Shown here piece after piece: positions 15,167 to 25,240 of a DNA stretch of 64,000 nt. The stretch lies in the sequence record PZ534515.1. One strand, written 5' to 3'. The notes below the pieces were generated by a model, which worked only from the letters and a program-made list of their open reading frames with translations, was not told where the DNA came from and did no database searches. Positions within the stretch are counted from its first letter, which is position 1, and every line of letters begins with the position of its first letter. This stretch comes from a phage. The position numbers and the translations under genes are program-made.

Positions 15167-16272
15167 TATTCATAATCCCTAATAACTAGCCCGACAGGGA
15201 ACTGTAAAGAACCCTTACGAGTCATCTTCTGGAACTGTACCGTTAAAGGTTTCCCGATAAACTCTTCAGGATGCTCAGCAAGATATTGTTTCTTCTCATG
15301 AGTAGTCTTCCATGAGACATCTACAAAGACGTTAGGAAGAGTCTCTACAACGAACTTGCCATGACCACGTTTATCGGTCTTTACACCAGTCACTTTAAAC
15401 TCTTCAGTGTGCATCTTCTTGTGCTTAATCAAGAAGTATGAACGGTGACAACACTCATAGAAGGAGTCTTCAGAGATTGAACGGTACATTGCACCTTCAA
15501 ACTTAGCTTCAACCCACTTATCATGAGCTTCATCAAACTCTTCCCAAGAATTTACACGACGAGACTTAACAGGGACAACTTTACAGCCATCTCTAAAGTC
15601 ATTCAATGGTGAAGTCTCAATAATATCTCTACGCTCAGGCCACGTCTTAGTACTGTCACAGATATCATACCAGTAAAATTTGAGCAAGTGTCTGTCAGGA
15701 TTGTCTTCATTTTTAATCATGGAGACGATATCTTCTAAGTCCCACCCATGAGCATAAATCTCTCCATCAAATTCATCAACATCTTTGTGGAGCCTTAACA
15801 TTGCCATAATGTCAGGTATTAGCTCAGTAGGTATTTTATAAACAGTATTCTCACGAGAGTATGCTGTAAATACACTACCAATGCTTAAGTGCCTTGAAAT
15901 CCTACAACGGACACCATCCAGTTTTGGTTGAGCATCAGCAGGGAACTTCAGATACTTTGCGTGACTAACCTTTGCAGCATCATGAGCAAGCTGTACACCT
16001 ACCTTCTCAGTATTCTGTGCAGACTCTTTTGTGTAAGCGTAACCCTTGCGGTCAACTTGCTTTTTATACTTAGCAGCAACTTCAAAGAGAGCTTGCTGTT
16101 CAGCGTTACGCTCATTCTTTTTACCGATGTTTTTAGGTTCTGCTGTATACTCTTCAAACATCATCTTGCCATTTTCTTTACCGTAGGTTGTAATAACTTT
16201 GTCACCTACAGCAACACATGACCAGACATTGAAAGAGCCATCTTTATTTTGTTTGTACAGAATTGTCATTTT
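15166..16272 (-). CDS. ATP-dependent DNA ligase
   Basis: Adenylation motif I KLDGVR; likely start is the ATG at 16272 (agagg RBS) rather than the track start 16305. Confidence 0.8.
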   Translation of the reverse strand, partial: KMTILYKQNKDGSFNVWSCVAVGDKVITTYGKENGKMMFEEYTAEPKNIGKKNERNAEQQALFEVAAKYKKQVDRKGYAYTKESAQNTEKVGVQLAHDAAKVSHAKYLKFPADAQPKLDGVRCRISRHLSIGSVFTAYSRENTVYKIPTELIPDIMAMLRLHKDVDEFDGEIYAHGWDLEDIVSMIKNEDNPDRHLLKFYWYDICDSTKTWPERRDIIETSPLNDFRDGCKVVPVKSRRVNSWEEFDEAHDKWVEAKFEGAMYRSISEDSFYECCHRSYFLIKHKKMHTEEFKVTGVKTDKRGHGKFVVETLPNVFVDVSWKTTHEKKQYLAEHPEEFIGKPLTVQFQKMTRKGSLQFPVGLVIRDYE

Positions 16273-16462
16273 TAACCTCTGAGTGATACCAAGTGTAACA
16301 AGCATTACATGCGTAAAGCTCTAAGTCATTTTTATCTGGTTTATGGAAACAGTTTGACCCACAACGACACCGAAATAACTTACCATCAACACGAAGAATG
16401 AATGTTTCAAGCTCACCATCTTCTGTAAGAACTGCGTTCTTAAATTTATCTTCTACGGTCAT
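16244..16462 (-). CDS. small zinc-ribbon protein
   Basis: CRCGS...CNAC cysteine pairs. Confidence 0.45.
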   Translation of the reverse strand: MTVEDKFKNAVLTEDGELETFILRVDGKLFRCRCGSNCFHKPDKNDLELYACNACYTWYHSEVKNDNSVQTK

Positions 16463-16665
16463 TTTCTCTTACCACCAATCTCTACGTCGATAACCTGAAC
16501 ATCACCAGCAACATCAAACTTATGAATGATACTTTCCACAGTGTAAGTCCAACCCTCGATTCGAACCAACTCACCTTCTCGTGGGACAATTGGATTACGT
16601 TGAGCTACGGTTGTAGTGGAGTGAACAACATCATAACAGTAGATATAGTTTACTAGTACTTCCAT
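16459..16665 (-). CDS. hypothetical protein
   Basis: Internal ATG at 16665 has a gagg RBS and avoids the overlap with the upstream gene. Confidence 0.4.
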   Translation of the reverse strand: MEVLVNYIYCYDVVHSTTTVAQRNPIVPREGELVRIEGWTYTVESIIHKFDVAGDVQVIDVEIGGKRK

Positions 16666-16675
16666 CTTGAAAACC

Positions 16676-16912
16676 TCACTCAATAACAGTAGTGTGTGAT
16701 TGACCATTTTTGCCATAGCTATAAGATGTTGTTGTTTGAGAGTTTGGACATCTGACAACAACAATATCTCTGCTTATGGCATCACCATGTAACTTATAGA
16801 CTTTGCAATCTTGCATCTCTGGTGGGAGGCTATAAGAAGCATTTTTATCCTCATAAGAAGGGTTGCAGCCAGCTAGAAAAATAACACCAAGTGCAATTAC
16901 TGCTTTCCACAT
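16676..16912 (-). CDS. putative lipoprotein
   Basis: Signal peptide with lipobox LAGC (MWKAVIALGVIFLAGC). Confidence 0.5.
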   Translation of the reverse strand: MWKAVIALGVIFLAGCNPSYEDKNASYSLPPEMQDCKVYKLHGDAISRDIVVVRCPNSQTTTSYSYGKNGQSHTTVIE

Positions 16913-17100
16913 AACACATCTCCTGTTTTATTGTTCACGATGTTCTACTTCTCTGTATGTACGCCGGTAGTTTATGATGAGTTGTGCTAATTCTTTGCTT
17001 TTAACATCTGAGCGTAGCAGTTGCCAATCAAAACCTTTGCCGACTCTCCCATATAAGCTAAATAGTTTTACTTTGCGTTTCATTTTGGTATCCCCAATAC

Positions 17101-17328
17101 TCAAAGGTCAATACTGATACGTTCGCCTTTAAGGACTCCTGTACGGTCTCTTGCAATCTTACCGTCAATGATAATGATATGCGCAGACATTAAAGAATCA
17201 CGATTAAAACCTTTTACGAACTTGCTAGGCATCACTACAATAAGCATCTCCTGAATCAACTCTGGAGTATAGCAATTGTCGTGAAGTTGCTGGATAACGT
17301 CTGCAAGTGTCATTTTTGGTGTCTCCAA
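17101..17328 (-). CDS. hypothetical protein
   Basis: 75 aa ORF in operon. Confidence 0.4.
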   Translation of the reverse strand: METPKMTLADVIQQLHDNCYTPELIQEMLIVVMPSKFVKGFNRDSLMSAHIIIIDGKIARDRTGVLKGERISIDL

Positions 17329-17519
17329 TATTCAATATCAATAAGCTCTTGTGCAATGCTTTTCAGGTTACCTTTCAAGAAAACCTTCTCAGAACCTGAA
17401 AGAGATGAATTGTCAATTAGTCTGTTCATCCTCTCAAACAACTTCTGCTTACGGTTCTTGATAGTTTCCTTTGAAGCACCTTTCATCATCGCTGCATGGG
17501 TTCTTCCACGGTGGCTCAT
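17310..17519 (-). CDS. hypothetical protein
   Basis: 69 aa ORF downstream of polymerase. Confidence 0.4.
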   Translation of the reverse strand: MSHRGRTHAAMMKGASKETIKNRKQKLFERMNRLIDNSSLSGSEKVFLKGNLKSIAQELIDIEYWRHQK

Positions 17520-17580
17520 AAGCCCTCCTATATAAGATATTGTATAAGGTACTCTTCCATGAGCACCTTGTCAATACTAA

Positions 17581-20280
17581 TTAGTGCACCTCAAGCCAGC
17601 TTTTACCAACCTTACCAGTACCTGTAACAAGTGTTTCTTTCTTAAGACCTAAGTTTTTAGAAGCTTGTCCATAATACCAGTCAGTAACTGCTTTCACATC
17701 TGCCGTCATACTTTCTGGACATTCCCAACTCGTCTCATCGTGATATGCGCAGAGCAAACGAGCACCAATAGCTGGTTGACGACCATTCAACTTCATCAAA
17801 CCTTCGTCAATCATACGACGACAAGCAAGGTTAATTGCCTCATTTTGAATCTGCGCCTCTGAACCCATCAAAAGATAGTTCAACAGTTTGTGTGGAGATT
17901 TACACCACAACCAAGCTCCAGCAACCTTTACAAAACCCCCTTTAGAGATTGCAGCAGTCTTACCAAACACCTCTTCAAGTGCCTTTTTAGTCGCTTTGTA
18001 GTCAGCTTCCAAGTCATCTAGCAGTTTCTTAATTTTAGGCAAACGAATAAAGTAAGTCTGTTTAGTCAGTGCGCCTTCCTGAGTAGTTGCAGCTTTAATC
18101 GTCTTAGCAAACTTCTCATCACCTGCACCGAACAGCAGTGCATAGATACCATTCTTAGCTTTCTTACGACCCTTGCTAATCTCATGGAGAAGGTTCTCAT
18201 CCTGAGTAGCTCGGCAAGTCAAGATATCCTGCTCATCATTCAAGCTAAAGTAAATACTGTTCAGTGTGTGTGCATCAGTCCCTGAATAGACAACGTAAAG
18301 GTCATTCTCAGAGTCATAGCGAAGGTACTTATCAATCTCTGGGTTGAGGTACTCATCAAAGTGTTTGCAGTAATAGCGTCCATCTTCTTGACGAATAAAC
18401 TCAATCTCTTCTTTACCTTGCGTTACCGCTTTGGTGAAGTCTTTGTCACCCATAAAGTTACAAAGAAGAACTAGCTGGGCTGAGTTCATATCTACAGAGA
18501 CAACATTAGTGCCTTCTTCACAAATCCACACTGCCCTCATTGGTTCCCCATAGACAGCAGCACCAGACGGTACGTTTACAATACCATATTGTGTCATACG
18601 TCCAGTTGAAGTACCAAACACCATTGCACCAGCACTAAGGCGACCATCAGGACGAATCTGGTTCAACCAACCTTTTTCATCATCCTTTGAGTTCTCAATA
18701 GTTCTGCGTCTGTGCATCAAAGTATAGTACTTAGCAATCTTCTGTCCAAGCTCACCTTCAATCGTATCATAAGATGATTCAGTAAGTTTTGGTGAAGTAC
18801 GGATTAAGCAAGGTTCAAGCAAATCTGTGTACTTCTTCACAGACCAATTATGCTCAATGTACTGGACACCTTCATGTTCAACATAACTCAAACCACACCG
18901 TTCAACCATCTCCTGCCACTTAGGATGTTTTGTAATCATCTTTTTGTTGTCTTTGAAGCGACAAACCTTAACAGGACGACCATCTGAATCTTTCTTGTAG
19001 TTCCAGTCATCTGGAATCCAACCAACTGATTTCAAGTAGTCTTTAACAACTGCTACCTGAGTCATACGAGAAACTTCGAACTCAATTGGTGTATATGGTG
19101 CATCAATCAAACCTGTGTAGCGACTTGACTCAAGTTCAAAATGGTTAACAACATGACTGTTATAGTACTTCACAGTTTTAACTGTTTTTACTGGCTTCCA
19201 GTCTTTGCATTTCTTACCAATCTTTGCGTTCAACTCATTGCAAATTGCACGAGCATCCTTCATTGCTACAAAACCTTCCTTGTACTCTTCACCAGTTACA
19301 GAGTTGGTTGGTGTATAGCAATTTCTCTTTTCAATGTTAAAAATCTTTGTAGTTGGTTTACCAAATGGCTTGATTTCATATGTCTGCATCTCACCGTTAC
19401 GTACCTGCTGACGATACTTTGTCTTAGGGTACTTGGTAATTCTCTTCAGTCCATCTGCATGACCGAATGCTTCAACATACTCATTCCAAGCTTTTGCAAA
19501 CTCTTCTCCAGTGACTTTACCTTTGGTCTTAATAGTTGGAGGAAGATGTGGTTCAACTTCTGAAGCAAGCTCATTAGTCAATTTGTCAAGTTCCTTTACA
19601 TGGAACTCCATAAGCTCTTTATCAGCTTTCCAACCATTGATAGCTTGTTGACTCATCCAGAAAGATGTTTCTTTAGCTCGCATGTAGGTTTCATAAGTAT
19701 CTACGCCACACTTCTTTAACTTCAGATATTCATTATCCAATGCACGTTTAGCTTTGGCGTTAATACGGATATCCTCTACAACACGAGTGAAGATTTCTGC
19801 ATTCCACACACCCCAATGTTCAATCTCTGGTTTACGGACACCAACACGAGCACCCCATGCAGCCAAACCATGAGCGCCTTTATAGCCCTTTGGAGTTGGT
19901 CTATCCATCCACTGAACACGAGACTGAATAAGAGAATCCTGAAAGAAATTACTCCACGGCTTACACTTTGGATTATCAAAGTTCCACAAATCAGGTGCAA
20001 TGTGATTGAAAACCCACCAGTCATACCCCAGACCATTATGGATGCAAAGTCGTTTTGCCTTTAACGCAAACTCAACACCTTCACGCAAGCCACCCTTAAT
20101 GTACTTGGTATACTTGTGACCGAGGATAGGCTCATCTGTAAAGACCCATACAGGTGGCTCTTCATCGTCAGATTTATAGTCTGCGAAAGCCATTACGTGC
20201 ACTTTAGTGAACTCAAGGAGTAAACCATCAGTTTCTGTATCACCAACTAAATGTAAGTTTTTAAAATCTACGTTTTCCAT
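17581..20280 (-). CDS. family A DNA polymerase with 3'-5' exonuclease domain
   Basis: Exo I motif DTETDGL, motif B KNGIYALLFGAG, motif C YHDE; start set at the ATG preceded by agagggag RBS (track start 20310). Confidence 0.9.
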   Translation of the reverse strand: MENVDFKNLHLVGDTETDGLLLEFTKVHVMAFADYKSDDEEPPVWVFTDEPILGHKYTKYIKGGLREGVEFALKAKRLCIHNGLGYDWWVFNHIAPDLWNFDNPKCKPWSNFFQDSLIQSRVQWMDRPTPKGYKGAHGLAAWGARVGVRKPEIEHWGVWNAEIFTRVVEDIRINAKAKRALDNEYLKLKKCGVDTYETYMRAKETSFWMSQQAINGWKADKELMEFHVKELDKLTNELASEVEPHLPPTIKTKGKVTGEEFAKAWNEYVEAFGHADGLKRITKYPKTKYRQQVRNGEMQTYEIKPFGKPTTKIFNIEKRNCYTPTNSVTGEEYKEGFVAMKDARAICNELNAKIGKKCKDWKPVKTVKTVKYYNSHVVNHFELESSRYTGLIDAPYTPIEFEVSRMTQVAVVKDYLKSVGWIPDDWNYKKDSDGRPVKVCRFKDNKKMITKHPKWQEMVERCGLSYVEHEGVQYIEHNWSVKKYTDLLEPCLIRTSPKLTESSYDTIEGELGQKIAKYYTLMHRRRTIENSKDDEKGWLNQIRPDGRLSAGAMVFGTSTGRMTQYGIVNVPSGAAVYGEPMRAVWICEEGTNVVSVDMNSAQLVLLCNFMGDKDFTKAVTQGKEEIEFIRQEDGRYYCKHFDEYLNPEIDKYLRYDSENDLYVVYSGTDAHTLNSIYFSLNDEQDILTCRATQDENLLHEISKGRKKAKNGIYALLFGAGDEKFAKTIKAATTQEGALTKQTYFIRLPKIKKLLDDLEADYKATKKALEEVFGKTAAISKGGFVKVAGAWLWCKSPHKLLNYLLMGSEAQIQNEAINLACRRMIDEGLMKLNGRQPAIGARLLCAYHDETSWECPESMTADVKAVTDWYYGQASKNLGLKKETLVTGTGKVGKSWLEVH

Positions 20281-20340
20281 TTTTACTCCCTCTAAAATCA
20301 TTAACCTCATACATTACTGCAAAAAATTATAAAAAGCAAG

Positions 20341-20493
20341 TTGACAATGTGCTTGACAAGGTGTTAATCTTTGCGAAGTGGGTTTTTACTTAAAAGGTTA
20401 CTTAACAGTTTAACTATACAGATACTTTAAAACTCTTAAAAGATTATTTAATAGCTTTTAAAAAGCTTTAAAGTATAACGTATAGAATACGTT
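20341..20493. promoter_or_regulatory. divergent control region: tandem TTGACA boxes and two perfect palindromes
   Basis: ttgacaatgtgcttgaca at 20341; palindromes agcttttaaaaagct (20453..20467) and aacgtatagaatacgtt (20477..20493). Confidence 0.4.
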
Positions 20494-20537
20494 AAGATAA
20501 AAGATTAAAACTTAATAGTTACTTAAAAGAGGCTTAC

Positions 20538-20960
20538 ATGCAGAAAATGTTTGTTCACCCAGACATAGCTGACTTTGTTAGAGCTTTGCAGAAGTTGGAA
20601 GAACTTGACATTGCTGCTCAACGGGAATATGCTCACCATCACAGGAGAATGGTTGATATACAACATGAGATAGAGTTGTCTGAAAACTATGAAGATGACT
20701 TAAAATGCTCTGTATTTGAGCATATGAAAGATGTTGCTACAGCGAGGCGTAAAGCTAAAGACACAGTTGCTTTACTAGATTCTCTTAAAAAGAGGTTGCA
20801 AAGTGGTACAGACCTGTGTAATCTAGCGTCACTGATTAACGATGTTGAAACTTCTTGGGATAGACATTACTATCCACGTTCTGAAAAGACACTTGACTTT
20901 TCTTCATCAGAAAACTTAAAATGTTCTAGAAAGAAACTTAACCAACTGAGAGAGAAATAA
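20538..20960 (+). CDS. hypothetical protein
   Basis: 140 aa ORF, first gene of the + operon. Confidence 0.5.
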   Translation: MQKMFVHPDIADFVRALQKLEELDIAAQREYAHHHRRMVDIQHEIELSENYEDDLKCSVFEHMKDVATARRKAKDTVALLDSLKKRLQSGTDLCNLASLINDVETSWDRHYYPRSEKTLDFSSSENLKCSRKKLNQLREK

Positions 20961-20961
20961 T

Positions 20962-21774
20962 ATGAACACTACTGTAGACCAAATGCTTAAAGAAAAAGGT
21001 ATTGACGAAGCATTCTTAATCAATGCCGTAGAAAGCATGGCTATGATTCTTCGTGGAAACAACTACACAGAACGGTTTATGCCTGCAAGCTATAACTTGC
21101 CTAAAGACAAGTCTGATAACGGTGCTTTTGCAGAACAGGTTAACATGATGTTGACAGACACTTCACTAGCTCTGGCATCTATCGCTGTTGGTGTTGACGC
21201 ACTTGCTGAGTTCATTTTTTATGAAATGCAAAAGAATGACTATATCAGGATGTCAGACGAAAATAAAGAACTGTTGCTGACTCAGGATAATGATTCCCTT
21301 ATTGATACAATCATTGCATCAACAAGTGCTGTTATGGCTGCTCTTGAGAAGCGCATGGAAGAGAAGCTTTCACGATATGAAAAGTTTGATTGGGGTGTAG
21401 AAGAGTTAACCCCACGAATCAGAGAGATTATCCAGCAAACTCAAGAGTCTTTAGCAGAAGCTGTGAAAGATGATTATGTAGCTGATGTAGAACCACTACA
21501 GGTGAAGGTCGCTCTGATGATTCCAGCTATTTCTACAATGATGAATATCGTTGCACTAATCCAACTTGCTCAGATGTTGGGTGTAACCATTGAGTTCGTT
21601 GAGGAGATGACTGGTGGTGTCAGTATGCAAGCAATCAATGATGTTTTGGTAAACATTGGTGCTTCAATCATTGAAGAGAAGCTTCGCATTCACTTTGGTG
21701 ATGATTTTGTGAAGCAAGTCTCAGCTATGGCTGAAAAAGAGCACTCACAAATTACTAGTGAACAACTTCACTAA
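20962..21774 (+). CDS. hypothetical acidic protein
   Basis: 270 aa ORF. Confidence 0.5.
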   Translation: MNTTVDQMLKEKGIDEAFLINAVESMAMILRGNNYTERFMPASYNLPKDKSDNGAFAEQVNMMLTDTSLALASIAVGVDALAEFIFYEMQKNDYIRMSDENKELLLTQDNDSLIDTIIASTSAVMAALEKRMEEKLSRYEKFDWGVEELTPRIREIIQQTQESLAEAVKDDYVADVEPLQVKVALMIPAISTMMNIVALIQLAQMLGVTIEFVEEMTGGVSMQAINDVLVNIGASIIEEKLRIHFGDDFVKQVSAMAEKEHSQITSEQLH

Positions 21775-21791
21775 GCATTTATAAATCTTAC

Positions 21792-21816
21792 AAGCCTCCT
21801 TAATTGGGGGCTTTTT
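21792..21816 (+). terminator. intrinsic terminator
   Basis: aagcctcc-ttaatt-gggggctt then tttt; identical sequence recurs on the minus strand at 58362..58388. Confidence 0.55.
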
Positions 21817-21835
21817 AGTAGTTAATGGAGATAAA

Positions 21836-22579
21836 ATGAGTAATATTATCGCATTTACTGGAAAAGCACGCTCTGGAAAGGATACCTCATGTTCTATTGT
21901 CAAGAATATCTTAGAAGATGAGTATGGCTACAATGTTGCAGTAATGGCCTATGCAGACAATCTTAAGCTATCTGCATCAAAGATATTTGACTTGACATGG
22001 AATGACCTTTACGGCGAAACTAAAGAGACTCCACAGGTTTTTGATTTAGCATACTCTGAACTTATGCCTAAAGTTACGGAAGCTATTGAGTTCACCTTCA
22101 GAGATGAACGTTACCATATGGACTTTAAGCTTATGTCAGAGCTAACAGGACGATTAATCATGGAGCTTAAGAAGGTCGCTAAACCGACCATATTGACACG
22201 TCTGGGGTTTAGTAAAAAGTATAAATTCTCATCAAGGCAAATTCAACAGATTTGGGGCACTGAAGTTATCCGTAAAGTTATGGGTGACAAGTTCTGGTCT
22301 AAAGACCTCGAAAAACGGATGGTTCGATTCTTTGAATCTTGTTCACTTAGAAATCAAGAAGGTGTTGTTTTAATCAGTGACTTAAGGTTTGACTCTGAAG
22401 CTGAGTGGTTGAGCAGATTTGCACACCAAACTATTGAAGTAAAAAGAGACAATGTGGATAAAGTTTCATCACATGTTTCAGAAAATGGAATTTCTACCAA
22501 ATATGCGCGTGACATTATCCATAATAATGGTACTCTTGAAGACCTTGAAAGCAAGCTAAGAGCTATCCTGAAAATTTAA
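21836..22579 (+). CDS. deoxynucleoside monophosphate kinase (T4 gp1-like)
   Basis: N-terminal P-loop GKARSGKDT as in T4 dNMP kinase. Confidence 0.65.
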   Translation: MSNIIAFTGKARSGKDTSCSIVKNILEDEYGYNVAVMAYADNLKLSASKIFDLTWNDLYGETKETPQVFDLAYSELMPKVTEAIEFTFRDERYHMDFKLMSELTGRLIMELKKVAKPTILTRLGFSKKYKFSSRQIQQIWGTEVIRKVMGDKFWSKDLEKRMVRFFESCSLRNQEGVVLISDLRFDSEAEWLSRFAHQTIEVKRDNVDKVSSHVSENGISTKYARDIIHNNGTLEDLESKLRAILKI

Positions 22580-22587
22580 AAGAGAGA

Positions 22588-22788
22588 ATGAAGATGAGAG
22601 TAAAAGATAATTTTAAAGTTATTGACCATCGTTTAGTGGAACTCTCATCTCTTTCCGATGAGGTAATGGTTGAACGTCTTAAGAGAGTTGAATCACGAAG
22701 GAAAGAGATTGCAGACGAAATTCATGAACTGGACAAGATTGAAAATGGATTGAAGGCAGAACTACAACGAAGAGGTGCTAATGTCTAA
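22588..22788 (+). CDS. hypothetical coiled-coil protein
   Basis: 66 aa ORF. Confidence 0.4.
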   Translation: MKMRVKDNFKVIDHRLVELSSLSDEVMVERLKRVESRRKEIADEIHELDKIENGLKAELQRRGANV

Positions 22789-24766
22789 AGGTCGTAAATT
22801 GAAAGAGGCTGGTCAGTTTATTGGTCATTGTGCATGTCCACGTTGTGGTTCATCAGATGCTGGTTCAATCTACCACCATGACGATGGTTCTTATTCGATG
22901 ACTTGCTTTAGTTGTAATAAAGGTTTCCCAGAGTGGGATTTTGATAAAGGACAAATCGTGAGCACTTATTCTACTGGTTCAGATAATAAAAACCGTACTT
23001 TCCGTGGAATGGATTTAGACGATGTAAAAGAAAACCTAGAAGCAATGGACTTGAAAGATAGGAAGATTCCTGCAAAAGTCCTTGAACGTTTAGGTATCAA
23101 GGTTGACATTGATAGTGATGGTGAAATTGATGCACATTTCTATCCAACTTACAAACGTAATGAAGATGGCAAGCTAGAGCATGTTGGCTACCGTGTTCGT
23201 CACCGTTACCCAGAAGACCATCCAAAAGAACATCTACGTGGAAAGTTAAAAGACTTTTCAGGTGGTGTTGGAGACATTAAAGGTGAACTGGCAATGTTCG
23301 GTTCATGGATTGCTCCAGAAGGTGGTAACCGTCTATTCATCTGGGAAGGTGAGATGGAGTGTGCCACGGCAATCTACATGACTTCTCTGGCAATTAAAGA
23401 TAAGTCTCGTCGTAAGAATTACTGTCACGTATCTGTTCCATCAGGTGCAAACATTAAGTCTATCAAAGACAACTATCAGTACATCACATCATTTGATGAG
23501 ATTTACTTGTGCTTTGATAACGATGAAGCAGGTGCTAAAGCTACCAAAGAGGCTGCTGGTATCCTACCTATTGAGAAGGTTCGTTTATTCCAGTATCCAG
23601 AAGGTGTAAAAGACCTTAATGAATGGTGGACGAAGTTCTATAAAGAGAAAGATACAGTTCTGGAAGGATTTAAGCAGCGTATCTACAATGCACCCCGTTA
23701 CTGCCCTGCTGGTATCAAGAACTTTGCAGATGGTTTTGAGGCAATGAAGAATCGTGGTCAGATTCCATTGATTCCTTTCCCAGAGTCTTTCGGAGATTTG
23801 AACAGGCTGACTTATGGTGGTTATGGTTTAGGTGAGATTACAACTATTGCAGCACCATCTTCAGTAGGTAAGTCAGCTTACACTCGTGAGATGATTTATT
23901 CCGCTTGGAAAGAAACTGATTATAATATCGGTGTAATCCCTGTAGAAGATACCTATGAAGAGTTGATGGAGATGCTATGTGCAATCCACCTGAGCAAACA
24001 GATTTCTGAGATTCCTTATGATGAACGGGATTGGGATGAATTAAAAGGAGCACACGCAGAACTGTCTAAAGGTCGTCGTATCCATATCGTTGACCATCAA
24101 GGGGCAATTGACCAAGATAACCTGCTAGAGTTTGTTGACTACCTTGTTAACAGCTTAGACTGTAAGATTATTATTCTTGACCCTATTACATTGGCTCTGT
24201 CACGTTCTGATACGGATGAAGAGGAAGTCTTGTCTGAGCTATTGCGTCGTTGCAAACGCTACCAGTATGCACAGGTAAACGTATGTCACGTTCGTAAGAG
24301 TGCAGGTGGTCAGAAAGCCAACTCTGAAGGTGGAGACATCTCTGAAGAGGATATCAAAGGTTCTGGTGCGTATTTCCAGATTTCTATGAATAACATCCTG
24401 TTAATGCGTAACAAGGTTGACCCAGACCCTGTTAAGAAAAACTTGACAAAAATCAAGTTAACTAAGTGTCGTCGTCATGGTAAGTCAACAGGTATTGCTG
24501 GTCATACTTGGTACAATCCAGATACAGGACGTCTTATCAAAGCTTCTGGATGTGGTGTTGATATTGATGGTGCAGCAGAAAATATTCGCCAGCAGTTTGG
24601 TATTGGTGAAGCTGAAGACCATTATGATGACTCTTTACCTCATTATGAGGATGAAGTGTTTGACCGTGAGACTGGTGAAGTCTATACTGAAGAACAGCGT
24701 CAAAGTTCAACGATTCCACCTGTATTAAGTGAGGATGCAGATGACTGCCCGTTCGAAACTGAGTGA
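22781..24766 (+). CDS. T7 gp4-like primase-helicase
   Basis: N-terminal zinc finger CPRCGS...CFSCNK, Walker A SSVGKS in the C-terminal half; likely start ATG 22781 with agagg RBS. Confidence 0.85.
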   Translation: MSKGRKLKEAGQFIGHCACPRCGSSDAGSIYHHDDGSYSMTCFSCNKGFPEWDFDKGQIVSTYSTGSDNKNRTFRGMDLDDVKENLEAMDLKDRKIPAKVLERLGIKVDIDSDGEIDAHFYPTYKRNEDGKLEHVGYRVRHRYPEDHPKEHLRGKLKDFSGGVGDIKGELAMFGSWIAPEGGNRLFIWEGEMECATAIYMTSLAIKDKSRRKNYCHVSVPSGANIKSIKDNYQYITSFDEIYLCFDNDEAGAKATKEAAGILPIEKVRLFQYPEGVKDLNEWWTKFYKEKDTVLEGFKQRIYNAPRYCPAGIKNFADGFEAMKNRGQIPLIPFPESFGDLNRLTYGGYGLGEITTIAAPSSVGKSAYTREMIYSAWKETDYNIGVIPVEDTYEELMEMLCAIHLSKQISEIPYDERDWDELKGAHAELSKGRRIHIVDHQGAIDQDNLLEFVDYLVNSLDCKIIILDPITLALSRSDTDEEEVLSELLRRCKRYQYAQVNVCHVRKSAGGQKANSEGGDISEEDIKGSGAYFQISMNNILLMRNKVDPDPVKKNLTKIKLTKCRRHGKSTGIAGHTWYNPDTGRLIKASGCGVDIDGAAENIRQQFGIGEAEDHYDDSLPHYEDEVFDRETGEVYTEEQRQSSTIPPVLSEDADDCPFETE

Positions 24767-25022
24767 TAGTTATAAAAGAGAGGGGTTCATACCCTTCTTT
24801 GAAGAAAAAAGTTTAAATAAATTTCAGGAAGAGTGTTTGACAAAGGTTGATAGGTTCTATAGAATGCTCTACATGAAATGTGATGGAGGTGTTGAGGTAG
24901 AAGAAAAGTTCCATCACAGCATTATCACAGTCACTATTACTATACCTCAACATAATATTGGTTGGCTGTTTGTAATAAAAGAAAATGTGTTTGAATATCA
25001 AGTATATCGGAGAATATCATGA
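24729..25022 (+). CDS. hypothetical protein
   Basis: 97 aa ORF. Confidence 0.35.
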   Translation: MRMQMTARSKLSDSYKREGFIPFFEEKSLNKFQEECLTKVDRFYRMLYMKCDGGVEVEEKFHHSIITVTITIPQHNIGWLFVIKENVFEYQVYRRIS

Positions 25023-25175
25023 AACACTCTAAAGCATTTGAAAAAGTTTTTGGGGATTCCTTAAAAGCCACTGCTGGCAAACCAGCAAAATACTATGAAG
25101 AGAAACGTGTAAGAACTGGAAAAACTGCACGTAAAGCAGCTTCTAAAGATAAGCACAACTTCCAGTAATTAATAT

Positions 25176-25204
25176 TTGACAATAGAGTATCAACAAACTA
25201 GAAT
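25176..25204 (+). promoter_or_regulatory. sigma70-like promoter
   Basis: TTGACA, 17-nt spacer, TAGAAT, about 35 nt upstream of 25241. Confidence 0.55.
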
Positions 25205-25240
25205 TGGTACTCTTCATAAATTGAGATAGAGGTTTAAATA

